Part shown: piece after piece, positions 51,766 through 64,000 of the stretch | Numbering within the stretch: position 1 is the first letter of the stretch | Layout: every line of letters begins with the position of its first letter | Assembly: GCA_964658305.1 (NCBI GenBank) | Contig: OZ210885.1 | Span: 24,118,001-24,182,000 of the forward strand | Direction of reading: 5' to 3' | DNA from: Leptogorgia sarmentosa | Lineage: Eukaryota | Length of the DNA stretch: 64,000 bases | The notes under the pieces: generated by a model | Databases searched by the model: none | Seen by the model: the letters and a program-made list of their open reading frames with translations, nothing else | Told to the model about the DNA's origin: nothing | Position numbers and translations under genes: made by a program

Positions 51766-54700
51766 ATATATATATATATATATATTATATATCCTTACTC
51801 CAAGTGCTTTGTTTCCACCATGCCAATCAGCGATCTCGCAGTGAATACCATCCAAACGTTCCTCAGGGGTGAAACCATTGCTCAATGTCATATGAGCGTT
51901 CACTGCTCTTTCTACAGTGAGTTGATCTCCGACAATTGCCTGACTTGCATACTTTCGCTCTTCACCATCACCAACAAATGGAACATACCCATGGAGTTCC
52001 TGCAATATTTTCTGTATGCCATCTGCATCGTTTTCGCTTTCGAAAATTACACCAAGGAAATTCTGAAAGATATTAACAATTAAACTTAGATGACTTAGTA
52101 CAATAATCACTCAGGAATCATGCAAACAACAAATGTTCATTAATAAAAAAATCACATTTTCACAAGTATCCAGGTTTTACACAGACATATTAATCATACA
52201 TATTGCATATAGTTGCAGGTTAGTTCACAACTAATTAGCAACTTTTATTTAAAAAACAATCACAATAATATGAATAGTGATATACAAAGGGGAAGTAATG
52301 TATAAAAAGGAAATTATTATGGAATGCTGTAACTATACAGTACATACTCAGTAAGGATACATGTACTGAAACTTACTGAATTTGTTGGCTGTGATGCTTC
52401 TTTGCTGAATTTGTGGAGAATGTGCTTCGTCACAACATTTTTTCCAAATTCAAGGCAGGGGATGTTCTCAACAAGAATTCTCTGACCCAAGGTGATGTAA
52501 TTCTCCCTCTGTGATACTTGTTCAAACTGATTGGGAATACATTTTCCATTTTCCATATCTTTAAGCCCATGCACAGGTTTGTCAGCACTCAAATGGGTTC
52601 CAGAGATTGTTTGTTGTTGCATTAACTGTCACATAATGTCTATCAATGTTCTGATGATCCTCTGTCATATAGTGGACATTTTGGTGGTAGTCAACATTGT
52701 CAATGGTTAGCTTGAATCCAGGTGAGGGTTCTGCACATGTGGCCACAGCAGATCTGGGTTCAGTTTCTCTTTCCAAAACAGCTTTTTCTACAATCCACTT
52801 TGTATCCTTTTCAACCATTTCTTTCACTTGCTGGTCATATCCCTTTCCAAACTCATCCAACTTTTTATACAGGTGCATGGCTGATGTCACCAGTCGTAGT
52901 GCAGCAAATCTTGACATAATAGGCTATTAAAAGATGTAAAGTAGCTAAGTGTGATTTGTGAGTTTTCTGGGTTTTCTGATACAAGTTCTGGAAATACCCA
53001 GTATAGGACAATTTAAAGGTGCCCTTCACTCATTGCACATTATTATATTGTCAAGATTTATGCAACTTTGTACACCTTAGTGATCATATATCCAATACAG
53101 TTTAGTCACTCCCTGATGAGATTGCTAGGTTGTCATTGACTAATAGCATGTGAAGAAATTTGGGAATCCATGCTCTCTATATCTATCCATACAACAGATC
53201 ACGAAGGTGCACAAACATGCATAAACCCAGGCAATAACATAGGTAATGAGTTCTAATGAATTGTTGTGAAGCTTCCAGACCATGTTATTGATTGACTGAG
53301 ATTAATAAAGTATGTATGTACTCACAGCCCAGTTGGAATGATATAAAAATATCCCCAACATTAATTGCACAGCATTCATATATGGTGACCGGTTTCTGAG
53401 CAGTACTGATGCAGCCATTCCAACTGCTGGAATCCAGGAGCTTTTGTCTGTTTTCTTCCTGTTGCAACCACTTGCCACCAACACTGAATAAAACAATGGG
53501 GCTCTCTCTTGTAGCTCTTCATTCTCCTTCTCAAATGAAAAATCTAGCATTTTGTGCTTTGAAGGTGATCTTAGGCAACTAGGATCTTTTCTTGAGCAAA
53601 GACTTGAACACTCCTTGTCAATTTGCTTTAAGACGTTAACAGTGAGATGCTTCCTGATCTCTTTGCTGTTCCATGCTGCATTGGCTATTTGCTTAAATGT
53701 ACCACGAACCAGCATTTTTCCAAGTGACTCTAATTCGGGATGCAAAGTTTTTTCCAACGTTTTACTTGGCCATGATACCTTTACGTTCACAGATGTTCTA
53801 GCAATTGCGGGTTGCCTACCCTTGATAGGAGTGGAATGGCTTAACGGAACAGTAGTAGCGCAAGTAGAGATAAGGTCAAACTCACTGGTAGAACAACTTG
53901 GCTGAACGTAAACAGAATTGCCTTCCTTCGATATTGATGAATTGGAGTCCACATTTGATATGTTCGATCTTTTTTCTGCTGGCCCCTCGTCTGTAGGGTC
54001 TTGCTGTCTTTTATGCCCTCCTCTTTGGTATGCAACACTGAGCTCCACAACAATGGTTTTCTCTTGCAACAGTAGGTTTGATCTCTTCTGTAATTTCGCT
54101 AAACACTGTCGACAGATATAGCCAGAATGTGTATCAGATACTACGAAAGGTAGTTGGTTGATAGCCTCTTCACGTTGAATTTTTACTTGCCAGACACCAG
54201 ATATCTCTCGTGCGCTTTTTCGATCACTCGGAAACACAAAACACAAGAGAAACTGTAAACTTTTTCTTTCGAGGTCGAGCATGAAACAAACAAACATTCC
54301 GCCATTAATGTTAATAACATGTGCATTAATCGCGCAATCAAGCAATAATTATGCAAGATGTTCTGACGTTGTGGAACACGATTCCCTTCGCAGTTTAGCA
54401 GACCCCTACTTTCCTGTTTTCATTTTGCGGGCGGGGGCTGCGAGCAGGCTAATTTATTAGCCCCAACAGGAAAAACCTTAGATTTTCAGTCATGAAGACA
54501 AAAAAGGATGTACAGCATCTTCAGCTGGACTGGTTGGTTAGTATGGTCAAGGAAATAGGTATCGATGTTCCAAAGACATTAATTTTTTGCAATACCATGA
54601 ATGAAGTTGCAACTGTGGTTGATGCTTTATTGTTTAAATTGGGTAAGAATGCTTATTACCCCCAATCATCTGCTGACAAAAAGGATTTAATCATAGGGAT

Positions 54701-55143
54701 ATTTCATTCAATGTCTTGGCAAAAAAATAAAGAAAGGATTCTAAACTCCTTAAGAGAGAATGGAAAGAAGAGGATCATTGTTGCTACTACTGCCTTGAGT
54801 ATGGGTATCAATTTCCCAGATATTAGGTACATTATCAACTGGGGCCCAGCCAGAACACTACTAGATTTTCACCAGCAAGCAGGCAGGGCTGGAAGAGATG
54901 GTGAACAGTCCCATGTTATCATAATTTACCATGGGCAACAAGTGTCCAATTGTGAAGATGATGTGAAAGAGTTTCTCAAAACTGATTCATGTTACAGAGT
55001 TGCAAGCTACAAACCTTTTGACAGCAATATTAAACCATTAACTATTAGACACAATTGCTGCTCAAATTGTGCCAAGACATGCAACTGTAATGCTCCAGAG
55101 TGTGACTTGATATTGCCATTTGAAGAACAATCTTGTGCACCAG

Positions 55144-55382
55144 GGGCCGGTTGTTCGTAGCCCGTTTAGCCTAAACGGTGGATAAGTCCAAAATATCAAA
55201 CACTTCTATGTATTCATTGAACAATCAAAATAAAAATTTTCAATCTGAAAAGAACACTTGTGTACACAACTACATATTTAGGGTTTAAAATTCATGCTCA
55301 GTTATTCACAAGATGAATGGGAGTGTAATTTAAATTGGACTTATCCACCGTTTAAGCTAAACGGGCTACGGACAACCGGCCC
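55144..55382. mobile_element. PIF/Harbinger-type MITE, 239 bp (same family as 39907)
   Basis: CAG/CTG flanks; near-identical sequence. Removal restores the helicase frame SCAPAAEPVQTR. Confidence 0.88.
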
Positions 55383-55927
55383 CTGCAGCTGAACCAGTTC
55401 AAACTAGAATTGTTACTGCCCAAGACCAGCAAGACATTGAAGAAGCACTCCAAGAGTTATGCAAGACAATCCCAGTTGGATGTAGTGTGTTTGGGGCTGC
55501 AACCTCCCATGGGTTTTCAGATGACCTGATTGCTTCTATTGTTGAAAAATGTACATATTTGTTTACACTGGATGATATCAGAAATCTGCTGCCTGTTTTT
55601 TCCATGAAACATGCAGTGAAAATTTTAGAAATACTGGATGAGATTTTTGACGATATTCCAGACATGTCTTCTGTCTCACAGAGTTTAGAAAACATTACCA
55701 TGCCAAATGAAGTGGACACTGCTTTTGATGACAGCATTTTACCTTTTGACTACACAAGTAATTCAGATGAATCAGATGTTGATGGCGAAGAGAATCTTGA
55801 TGATTTTTATTGATTTTATTGTAAAGAACTACACTGCCAATACATGGTAAATTATGTTATAGTCCATGGCTGTGATACTTTTCCTGCATAACAAGGAATA
55901 TTTGTAAATTTAATTGCAGCATTGCTC

Positions 55928-58900
55928 TGACCCGAATTTAGGGACTCTCGCCTGTACGCAGGCGAGGTACAGAACCAGGGGGGAGGGAAAAGAAGGACAG
56001 AACACGAGGACGTGAGAGTCGATTTGGACTGGGTTTTTATATTTTTCGATTGAGTTGTATTAAATCATTGAGTTTGTATTAAATCATTACAAGAAGAGTG
56101 TGTGCCGTGTCACGCTTTGGTACATTTGGTGCCGTGACCAGGATTTGAGCGAGAAAAACAGTCGAAATAATACGGATATACGCGGATATATTCGCCGTCA
56201 TTTTGGTTATCGAGTTGAATATTGAATTTGATTAGATTTATATGATGGTAGACGAGACAAATGAACGATTGGAGAGTTTAGGAGACCCCGACCGCACGGA
56301 AACTACGATCCAGAAGGAAATTTCGAAGTTGGAGTATTATCTAGAAGGTACGGATGAGCTTATACGATCGAACGATATCGAGGAAATAAAAACGACGGTT
56401 AAGCAGTCATCGAAGATTGCGAGCAAACTTTCGGAGCTTATATCGCAGTTGGAAGAGGCCAAAATTGATAGTGGGATTTCGCCCAGAGATGTTCGTCAAT
56501 GGAAAAAAGAAACCAAGGCTAAATTTGCGGGACTGTTGGAAAACAAAGGGAAACTCTGCGATATTTTGGAATCAAGAGAACAGCGAATACAAGAAGAGTG
56601 CGAACGACGGAAGTGGGAGACTAAACAACAACTGGAGGAGGCAACAATCAGAGAGAGACACGAACGTGAACGGAGACTGTGGGAAGAGAAACTTCGAGCA
56701 GAGCTGGAGGTTACGGAGAAACGCATGGAGATGGAAAGAGAAGCAAAGTCCACCAGTGCAAAATTACCAAAGTTAAAGATAACTCCGTTCAAGGGAACTG
56801 TTGTAGACTGGGTTCGTTTCGAAAACATATTCCTTACCCAAATCGACAAACAATCCATTTCAGACGAGGAAAAGTTTGGCTATTTGCTTGAACTGGTGAA
56901 CCCCAAGGTGAGAGACCGTTTGGCAAATCTTAAACCAAGTAAAGAAGGGTACGAAACCGCGTGGAACAGGCTCAAAGCGGAATACGGACAGACGAAACAA
57001 GTCGCGAATGCACACTTGGAGGAAATCATCGGACTACCTGTGGTCAAGGGAACTAACTATACGAAAGTCCAAGAATTCTACGAAAAGTTGAGCAGAAGCT
57101 TCGACGCTCTGCAAACATTGGGCGAAGATGGGCCTTTGAAAGCCTTCGTTCTGACGACGTTGAACAAGCTCCCGCACATCAAACCGGACCTTGTGCGCAC
57201 AGATGAGGACTGGGAGGACTGGAGTCTAAAAGATTTGCTGGGAAACCTACAGAAGTGGTTGCTGAGAAACAAGACGACCAGTGATTCGAAACAGAATGAA
57301 GAACCCTCGAGAAGGGAACGAAATTGGTTCGCTGGAAAAAGCAATGGGGAGAAACCAAAGCCTCCCAGGTGTGTCTTCTGTAAAGGTGAACATTACTCGG
57401 ACAACTGTGAAGACTTCAAAGATTTAGAAAGCCGACGTAAGTACTTTGCGAATAATAAGTTGTGCTATAATTGCGGCCAACCTGGCCATCGAGCGTCTAA
57501 CTGCCATGGGGGCAGCTGTTTCAAGTGTAAAGGGAAGCATCACACCAGCTTGTGTGAAGGGAGGAAAGGTGCTATCCTGACTGGGTACACTCCCTCAGAC
57601 ACAACGCTACCACCAATAATCCCTGTCCGTATAAGAGGAGTGACATTGTGGGCGTATTTGGACACTGGATCCGGGAGAAACTTTATCTCCCAAGACGCCC
57701 AAGCGAAATTGAAACTATCCCCCATCTACCACGAAACCCGTCACATCGTCACCGTGAGCGGGTCGAAAAAACAGTCGATGCCTGTTTTCGATGTTGAGAT
57801 GGTATCACTCGATGGAACTGCCAAAGAAAAGATCGAAGTCACTGGAACCAAAATGCCCAACTTCACCACTGTTAAGCGACCGGACATGAACGAGTTAAAG
57901 CGGAAGTTCGACCATACCAGGGACAAAAGGTTTTACATGCAAGCAGATCACCAGTACCCCATTCATCTTATAATCGGCGATAACACATTCTCACGGATGA
58001 AAACCGAAGAGATCCACAAGGGAAGACGGGGAGAGCCAGTAGTAGAGGGAACGACGTTCGGCTGGATAGTACATGGTGGTGACCTTCCCAACGACGAGTG
58101 TATGTACTGCAGAGATGTGAGTGACTACCAGATGCTGTATAGCCTTGATGTGCTTGGTGTAGAAGATCGAGAAGAAGACAGCCAATTGGAGGTCTACTCA
58201 GAATTTACCGAGAGCATCGTTCGAGACAAAGACGGGCGATACCAAGTGAATATTCCTTGGATACCAGGTGCTGAACTCACTGAGACGAATGAAGCACAAA
58301 GCAAGAAGCGCCTGCGTTCGGTTACAAGGAAACTCAATCAGGATCCAAGTCTGAAATCAGAGTACCGGAACATTATATCCGAACAGCTCGAGAAAGGTAT
58401 CGTTGAGAGGCTCCCAGAGAAACCAACCGGAAGTCGCGTGTTTTATATGCCGCATAAACCGGTCGTGAAATCATCCGCCATAACTACGAAAGTAAGAATG
58501 GTGTTTGACGCTAGCGCCAAACCAAATCCACTGGTCCGAAGTATCAACGAGTGCATGTACAAGGGTCCTTCACTACAGCCGTTATTGTGGGACGTCTTAA
58601 TAAGAGCTCGGATGTCTCCATACCTGCTGATCGGGGACATTCAACAGGCATTCCTTCAAGTTGGATTGAAACCCGAGGACAGAGATGCCTTTCGATTTGT
58701 TTTCGAATTAATAGATGGGTCGGAAGAGCAATTCAGATTTACGAGGATACCATTTGGCGCAGAAGCGAGCCCCTTCCTTCTCGGAGCCACCCTGCAGTAC
58801 CATTACAACAACCACCCGGAAGGGGTGTATGCCAACACCTTGCTGGCACTCAGGGAGAACACCTATGTCGATAACTTAATGAAGACTGGGGACAGTGTCG

Positions 58901-61690
58901 AAGAGCTGGAGGAGTTTAGGAAGGAAGCAACTGTCATTATGGACGAGGGGAAGTTCCCGTTACACAAATGGGAGTCAAATGTTCGTTCGTTAGAGAGTGC
59001 GGACATGCCAGATCCTGGGAAGATACTAGGTTTGACGTGGCATAAACGGGATGACGTACTGGAGATTCAAGTTCCGGCGCCAGATAACATGAACGGGCGG
59101 CAGATAACGAAGAAATCCATCTTGAGTCACTTGGCTGCAATTTATGATCCGCTTGGGTTCATATCTCCGACGGTGGTGGAAGGCAAACGCATCTTTCGCG
59201 ACGCCTGTGACGAAAACCGAAGTTGGGAGTCAGAGGTATCTACAGTACTTGCCAAGGATTGGTTAAGATGGACTAAACAACTTCGAAACGTCCGAGTACC
59301 TAGGAGTGTGATCCGAGAATGCAAGGAAGTGAAGGCGGTTCAATTACATCTCTTTGCTGACGCGAGTAAGTCAGCGTGTTCTGCGACAACCATCGCCGTC
59401 GTCGACTGCGATACGGGAAGAGTGAAAGGATTCCTTACATCGAAATCTCGAATCTCTAAGCGCAACACATCTATCGCACGCTTGGAGCTGGTCAGTGGCC
59501 AGATGGCAGCAAACTTAGCGAAGAATCTTCTCAATGCCCTGAAGAGGCTGCCCATTACATCCGTTACTGTCTGGATGGACAGTCTCGTTGCACTTTACTG
59601 GATTTCGAATCCTGGGAAAGCATGGAAAGTATTTGTCGCGAACAGGGTAAGAAAGATCGCTGAAATTACGGGAGAAGTCGGCATTGAATGGAAGTACGTA
59701 CCATCAGGGAAGAATGTTGCTGACGCAGGAAGCCGAGGAGCTACCCTAGACCAAATGGAAAGGAAAGATTGGTACGATGGGCCTGAATGGTTGCTTAACG
59801 AACAAGATTGGCCGACTCAGCCGGTGCTACAGCGATCGTCTACAGTGACAAATGAAGAGAAACCGATTAAAGAAATAGTAGCGTTCGTTCAAAACCAGCC
59901 AGACGAATGGGACCTCCTGTTGTCGCGCAAACCATACTGGAACACTCTAAGGGTTACGGCATGGGCACTGCGATTTGTGCGTAACACTCGGGCTAAGAAA
60001 ATCGGAACGACAAAGGGACCACTAACTAGCGACGAGATAAAAAGCTCCAGAGACGCTTGGATACGGAAAGTGCAACGCCAGATTCCAGAAGATGTAGAGA
60101 GTAGCGGGTGGAGACTGGAGAAGGACGAGGATACGAATATTCTGCGGTGTTTTGGAAGGATTCAAGGTTATTCACCGATTTATCTGGAGAGCGGTCTATT
60201 CGTCGAGAAGCTAATTCGCCACATTCACGAACAGACAATGCATTTGGGAGTTGCTAGTACGATGGGTGCTATTCGGGAGGAATGGTGGATCCCTCGGTTG
60301 AGATCTCTAGTGAAGAAAACGATAAGCGATTGCCATACGTGTAAAGTGTTTGCAGCCAAGCCATATGGGAAGACGGACACGTCGCCACTACCACAGTTTC
60401 GTACGGAAGCGAGTAGGCCCTTTCAAACCACCGGGGTCGACTTCGCTGGTCCGCTGAGTTACAAAGCCAACAAAAGCAAAGAAGGAAAAGCGTCGATTCT
60501 CATTTTCACTTGTTCAGTGACGCGAGCGGTTCATCTAGAAGTCACGAAAACTCAAACTGCCGAAGAGTTCCAAGACAAGTTGAACGCCTTCATATGTCGG
60601 AAGACCAGACCACAACGTATGATATCGGACAACGCAGCTGTTTTCAAAACCACAGCCCAGTGGATAAAGAAAATAAGGAAGAGTGAGAAGCTGCAAGATT
60701 TTCTGGCGAAACAAAGCATAACTTGGAAATTCAACTTAGCAAAATCCCCCTGGTGGGGCGGAATGTACGAGAGAATCATAAAAGAAATTAAAAAGACGCT
60801 GTACAAGACACTCGGAAAAACCCATCTTACGTTCGAGCAACTAAGCGCAGTGGTAATGGATATCGAACGCCACCTAAATAACCGTCCACTAACCTACATC
60901 GAGAGTAACGGAGGGGAGCCGAAAGTTTTGACACCAAATACCGTATTGTGGGGCGACAATTCGCACATCTTAGAAGACTCGGAACAAGACGGAAATGAAA
61001 TCACGAAGATGCAGAAACGTCTCAACGCCGCCAGACAACACGCGTGGAACCGTTGGAACAAGGAGTACGTCCACAGCCTCATGGAGTCACACCGTATACT
61101 TAAAGGTGACGGACAATTGCCAAGGATCGGGGAGATTGTGTTGGTGCTCGGGGAAGAAAAGAACCGTGGGCTTTGGAAGAGAGGAAAAGTATTACGACAC
61201 ATCATAGGGAAAGACGGCGTCGTGCGGGGAGTTGTTCTTCCACATAAAGGCCATGAAATCGAACGACCCATTCAACTAGTCTGCCCACTAGAAATACGAA
61301 GTAGCGAAGTGGAAGAGCCGAAAGCATCACCACTCGTAGTTGAGGAGAAACCGGACAGACCATCAAGACGGGCAGCAGAAGAGGCTAAGCAAAGAATTAA
61401 GAACTTGTTGGAGGACGAAGACTAAAGCGACAAAACTGGTTTATTGCATAATGTTGAGTTAAAATTAAGTTATACATAATTTTAAGGGGAGTGTGACCCG
61501 AATTTAGGGACTCTCGCCTGTACGCAGGCGAGGTACAGAACCAGGGGGGAGGGAAAAGAAGGACAGAACACGAGGACGTGAGAGTCGATTTGGACTGGGT
61601 TTTTATATTTTTCGATTGAGTTGTATTAAATCATTGAGTTTGTATTAAATCATTACAAGAAGAGTGTGTGCCGTGTCACGCTTCGGTACA
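55928..61690 (+). mobile_element. Full-length BEL/Pao LTR retrotransposon
   Basis: 197-bp TG..CA LTRs at 55928-56124 and 61494-61690 (one mismatch seen); tRNA-His PBS 56127-56144; PPT; GCTC flanks. Confidence 0.97.
56242..61425 (+). CDS. BEL/Pao Gag-Pol polyprotein
   Basis: 1727-aa ORF: three Cys/His knuckles, protease LDTGS, RT (YVDN), RNase H LFADAS, integrase HHCC and GVDFAG/SDN/GGMYE. Confidence 0.97.
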   Translation: MMVDETNERLESLGDPDRTETTIQKEISKLEYYLEGTDELIRSNDIEEIKTTVKQSSKIASKLSELISQLEEAKIDSGISPRDVRQWKKETKAKFAGLLENKGKLCDILESREQRIQEECERRKWETKQQLEEATIRERHERERRLWEEKLRAELEVTEKRMEMEREAKSTSAKLPKLKITPFKGTVVDWVRFENIFLTQIDKQSISDEEKFGYLLELVNPKVRDRLANLKPSKEGYETAWNRLKAEYGQTKQVANAHLEEIIGLPVVKGTNYTKVQEFYEKLSRSFDALQTLGEDGPLKAFVLTTLNKLPHIKPDLVRTDEDWEDWSLKDLLGNLQKWLLRNKTTSDSKQNEEPSRRERNWFAGKSNGEKPKPPRCVFCKGEHYSDNCEDFKDLESRRKYFANNKLCYNCGQPGHRASNCHGGSCFKCKGKHHTSLCEGRKGAILTGYTPSDTTLPPIIPVRIRGVTLWAYLDTGSGRNFISQDAQAKLKLSPIYHETRHIVTVSGSKKQSMPVFDVEMVSLDGTAKEKIEVTGTKMPNFTTVKRPDMNELKRKFDHTRDKRFYMQADHQYPIHLIIGDNTFSRMKTEEIHKGRRGEPVVEGTTFGWIVHGGDLPNDECMYCRDVSDYQMLYSLDVLGVEDREEDSQLEVYSEFTESIVRDKDGRYQVNIPWIPGAELTETNEAQSKKRLRSVTRKLNQDPSLKSEYRNIISEQLEKGIVERLPEKPTGSRVFYMPHKPVVKSSAITTKVRMVFDASAKPNPLVRSINECMYKGPSLQPLLWDVLIRARMSPYLLIGDIQQAFLQVGLKPEDRDAFRFVFELIDGSEEQFRFTRIPFGAEASPFLLGATLQYHYNNHPEGVYANTLLALRENTYVDNLMKTGDSVEELEEFRKEATVIMDEGKFPLHKWESNVRSLESADMPDPGKILGLTWHKRDDVLEIQVPAPDNMNGRQITKKSILSHLAAIYDPLGFISPTVVEGKRIFRDACDENRSWESEVSTVLAKDWLRWTKQLRNVRVPRSVIRECKEVKAVQLHLFADASKSACSATTIAVVDCDTGRVKGFLTSKSRISKRNTSIARLELVSGQMAANLAKNLLNALKRLPITSVTVWMDSLVALYWISNPGKAWKVFVANRVRKIAEITGEVGIEWKYVPSGKNVADAGSRGATLDQMERKDWYDGPEWLLNEQDWPTQPVLQRSSTVTNEEKPIKEIVAFVQNQPDEWDLLLSRKPYWNTLRVTAWALRFVRNTRAKKIGTTKGPLTSDEIKSSRDAWIRKVQRQIPEDVESSGWRLEKDEDTNILRCFGRIQGYSPIYLESGLFVEKLIRHIHEQTMHLGVASTMGAIREEWWIPRLRSLVKKTISDCHTCKVFAAKPYGKTDTSPLPQFRTEASRPFQTTGVDFAGPLSYKANKSKEGKASILIFTCSVTRAVHLEVTKTQTAEEFQDKLNAFICRKTRPQRMISDNAAVFKTTAQWIKKIRKSEKLQDFLAKQSITWKFNLAKSPWWGGMYERIIKEIKKTLYKTLGKTHLTFEQLSAVVMDIERHLNNRPLTYIESNGGEPKVLTPNTVLWGDNSHILEDSEQDGNEITKMQKRLNAARQHAWNRWNKEYVHSLMESHRILKGDGQLPRIGEIVLVLGEEKNRGLWKRGKVLRHIIGKDGVVRGVVLPHKGHEIERPIQLVCPLEIRSSEVEEPKASPLVVEEKPDRPSRRAAEEAKQRIKNLLEDED

Positions 61691-62398
61691 GCTCTTCATA
61701 CAAGGCCACAATAAAAGGCCTTAATGCATTAGATCCAAAAAAGATGTGTTGCATAAGCAGTGTGAAGTATAAAGTCAACTTTAAGTAAAATATGGTGAAC
61801 TGCCAAATCTGTTTAGTTTGCTAACATTTTGACTGAACGCCCTTCATCAGAGTGCATGAATGAAGTTTCACTCAAATCAACAGCAACCTAAACAGTATTA
61901 ACACACATTTAGGCTTCTTTATTTTTTAGGTTGTATTAAATGTTATGATGTATTGTATCTTGTCACAGGATAGGAAACAGTGCTATGTCATTTGGCTTTT
62001 CAACATTACAGTAAAAATCTACAAAATGGTCCAATGAGTAAAGAGCAATGCCACAATTTCCTGATACAGAAACCACACAATATAGAACATTAACTACAAT
62101 ATTAAAACCATTTGCCCCAGATGTGTATATATATACTACATATTTTCACATTTACCTAATGCCCATTTGTCCAGTAAACCAGTCATCCATGTATGCAAGT
62201 CTTTATAATTAAGGTCCTCTAATAGATTGATGTCAAAATCTGGAAATGATGGATACCCATCTCTTCCTGGAATTCTGGTGAAGACTTTTTTGTCAACCAG
62301 GTCAGTAACAATCTGTTTGACTGTGATTTCATCCTTGCCTGTGGAACGATATCCTTTCCGTTGCTGTAATGTACATTGTTTGTCAATGAAATGAAACA

Positions 62399-63123
62399 AT
62401 GAGATGAATGAAACTTTTTACTTTTGCCTACCGTACACAGGCCAACATGGTCTGCAACTACGCACGCAACTTCGTAAATTATTTTCATCAGCTTACCCAC
62501 ATCTATCAATCCACTTTGTCTTTCGTCCTATGTGTAGACTGTCTGACTTTTTTCCATTCAAGGACCGAATTCCTTTTGCTATGAGATTGCATGTTGTGTA
62601 CAAATATAAGTGTCAATGTGACGCATTGTATGTTGGTCAAACACGCCGACATATACACACGCGAATCTCAAAACATATGGGAGTTTCGTCTAGAACTGGG
62701 AATAAGCTCTCAGTCTCTCAAATGTCTGCTGTTCTAACTCACCACCATTTCACTAAACACACCATTTCACCACTAATCCCACTCGAACTTGACCTGATCA
62801 CTTAATTCTCTGTAACAACTAATGAACTTATTCCTGCTTTTGACATATCGTTTTTCTAAATCTTTTCTTATTTGTTCTTTTGTATTTGAATTTTAACCGT
62901 TTGTAATATAAAACTCATATAATCATGTATATATAGATACACCAACTATTACATTATCATTATAGCTCTGATGATGTTGCGATGTAGCAACGAAACGTTA
63001 GCAATAAATTTTACATAAAACTGGATGGTTTTAATATGTATGCATTAAAAATCGCTTGCTGGGCACTAATATTCATATTCAGATTAAGATTCCCGCCTGG
63101 TATTTCAATTGCCACAATTCTGG
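62399..63123 (+). mobile_element. Penelope-like element 3' fragment (GIY-YIG)
   Basis: ORF 62404-62805 LPY.G...FKD.IP..VVYKY.C.C..YVGQT.R; 9-bp direct repeat AATGAAACA at 62390 and 63124. Confidence 0.85.
62965..63002 (+). ncRNA. Minimal type I hammerhead ribozyme
   Basis: GCT CTGATGA T GTTGC-GATGTA-GCAAC GAAA CGTT AGC; palindromic AACGTT in place of stem III. Confidence 0.7.
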
Positions 63124-63702
63124 AATGAAACAGTAATTCCAGACCCTCCAATGCATTTGATACCCTTGCTGCATTTTTTTCAATAATATTGGACCCCAGT
63201 GCCCTTAATTGGGTCTTAAGAAGCTTGTTCAATTGCTCTATTCTCAAATCCACAGGAATGTTTTTTCCTTTCCCACCATACTTATTAAAAAATCGGTTCC
63301 ATACAAGAGAGTGTGACTGTTGTTCTGATAAGGCAGCATTTACTCTAACAAGGTGCAGCAGTGTTACAAAAGCATATTTATGGTGACCATAACACTTGTA
63401 TAACAACAGAGCAAATTTATACACCCTTGTTAGTCGTTCTCCATCTCCTTCCTTTACTGCATCTTCAAATTCGAAGATTAACAAGCCAAATGCTAGTTTT
63501 GCACAATGGTAATTGTAAATATAGTCCTCTGTATCCTGGCCATCATCTGCATTGGGTTCTTGGGATTCAGGATAGTTTTGTTGGTGTTCATTATACTCAT
63601 GTCTAATAATGAAAATCAAATGGTTAAAATTATTCACTGATGACTTGCTGAAAACAAAGGGCACTATGATATATCTGGCTAAACACTCACTAATTGATTA
63701 AT

Positions 63703-64000
63703 TTGAAACCCGAGGACAGAGATGCCTTTCGATTTGTTTTCGAATTAATAGATGGGTCGGAAGAGCAATTCAGATTTACGAGGATACCATTTGGCGCAGA
63801 AGCGAGCCCCTTCCTTCTCGGAGCCACCCTGCAGTACCATTACAACAACCACCCGGAAGGGGTGTATGCCAACACCTTGCTGGCACTCAGGGAGAACACC
63901 TATGTCGATAACTTAATGAAGACTGGGGACAGTGTCGAAGAGCTGGAGGAGTTTAGGAAGGAAGCAACTGTCATTATGGACGAGGGGAAGTTCCCGTTAC
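63703..64000 (+). repeat. Exact copy of 58666-58963 (BEL RT interior), offset 5037 bp
   Basis: Sequence identical by eye; begins mid-RT with no LTR. Confidence 0.95.

Larger units (their letters stand above)
49667..54200 (-). pseudogene. Inner AcademH transposase (DUF6589-like), spliced and frameshifted
   Basis: Exons with CRQC, FKLTIDNVD, VGDQLTVER, ADWH, NIPLDLVLE, SGKH..RS. Confidence 0.75.
47426..54451. mobile_element. AcademH element (inner), both ends intact
   Basis: TIR TAGCCTGCTCGCAGCCCCCGCCC / GGGCGGGGGCTGCGAGCAGGCTA; 9-bp TSD ATTTATTAG at 47417-47425 and 54452-54460. Confidence 0.92.
46514..55813 (+). pseudogene. Outer AcademH RecQ-like SF2 helicase, split by the inner AcademH and a MITE
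   Basis: LPTGFGKS, VISPLKS, LALTGTA, PVTIFIS|PNRKNL, TLIFCN, ATTALSMGINFPDI, QQAGRAGRDG, Cys-rich tail. Confidence 0.85.
62136..63700 (-). pseudogene. Outer AcademH transposase C-terminal part, split by a Penelope insertion
   Basis: FEDAVKEGDGER, HHKYA, LVWNRF.N..GG.GKNIPVDLRIEQLN. Resumes at 62136-62399. Confidence 0.8.
46311..63702. mobile_element. AcademH element (outer); right end not in window
   Basis: Left terminus TAGCCTGCACGCAGGC; RecQ-like helicase on + and convergent transposase on -. Confidence 0.75.

Noticed and set aside
46514..55813. Host RecQ/WRN/BLM genes
   Set aside because: Enclosed by TAG..CTA TIRs with a 9-bp TSD and paired with transposases, so AcademH helicases.
61820..61854. 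Minus-strand hammerhead (CTGATGAAGGG...)
   Set aside because: GAAA core is mutated (CAAAA) and stem II is poor; at best a dead relic.

Overview
Eukaryotic, AT-rich animal DNA with GT-AG introns. The TE families suggest a cnidarian/anthozoan, but this is inference. The window is almost entirely nested transposable elements, with no clear host housekeeping gene. Left to right: 5' end of a BEL/Pao LTR element; decayed Ubl/UBZ (G2E3-like) gene; DIRS remnant; CR1/L2-type tail; HECT E3 fragment; IS3EU-type element with a 3.3-kb tandem triplication, inserted in a decayed BEL that also hosts a Tc1 (itself hosting a Helentron-type HINE). Next come a spliced chromodomain gene tail-to-tail with a spliced RAG1/Transib-like transposase, split by a pogo (transposase + HIRAN) that contains a DIRS, and a second Transib-like pseudogene. 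Last is a Kolobok remnant invaded by an AcademH (RecQ helicase + transposase) that contains a second AcademH, Penelope fragments with hammerhead ribozymes, a Harbinger MITE and an intact BEL element. Best candidate for an undescribed system: the ProtoRAG-like convergent pair in which a chromodomain gene sits where RAG2 would be. Family assignments come from motif recognition by eye, not database searches.
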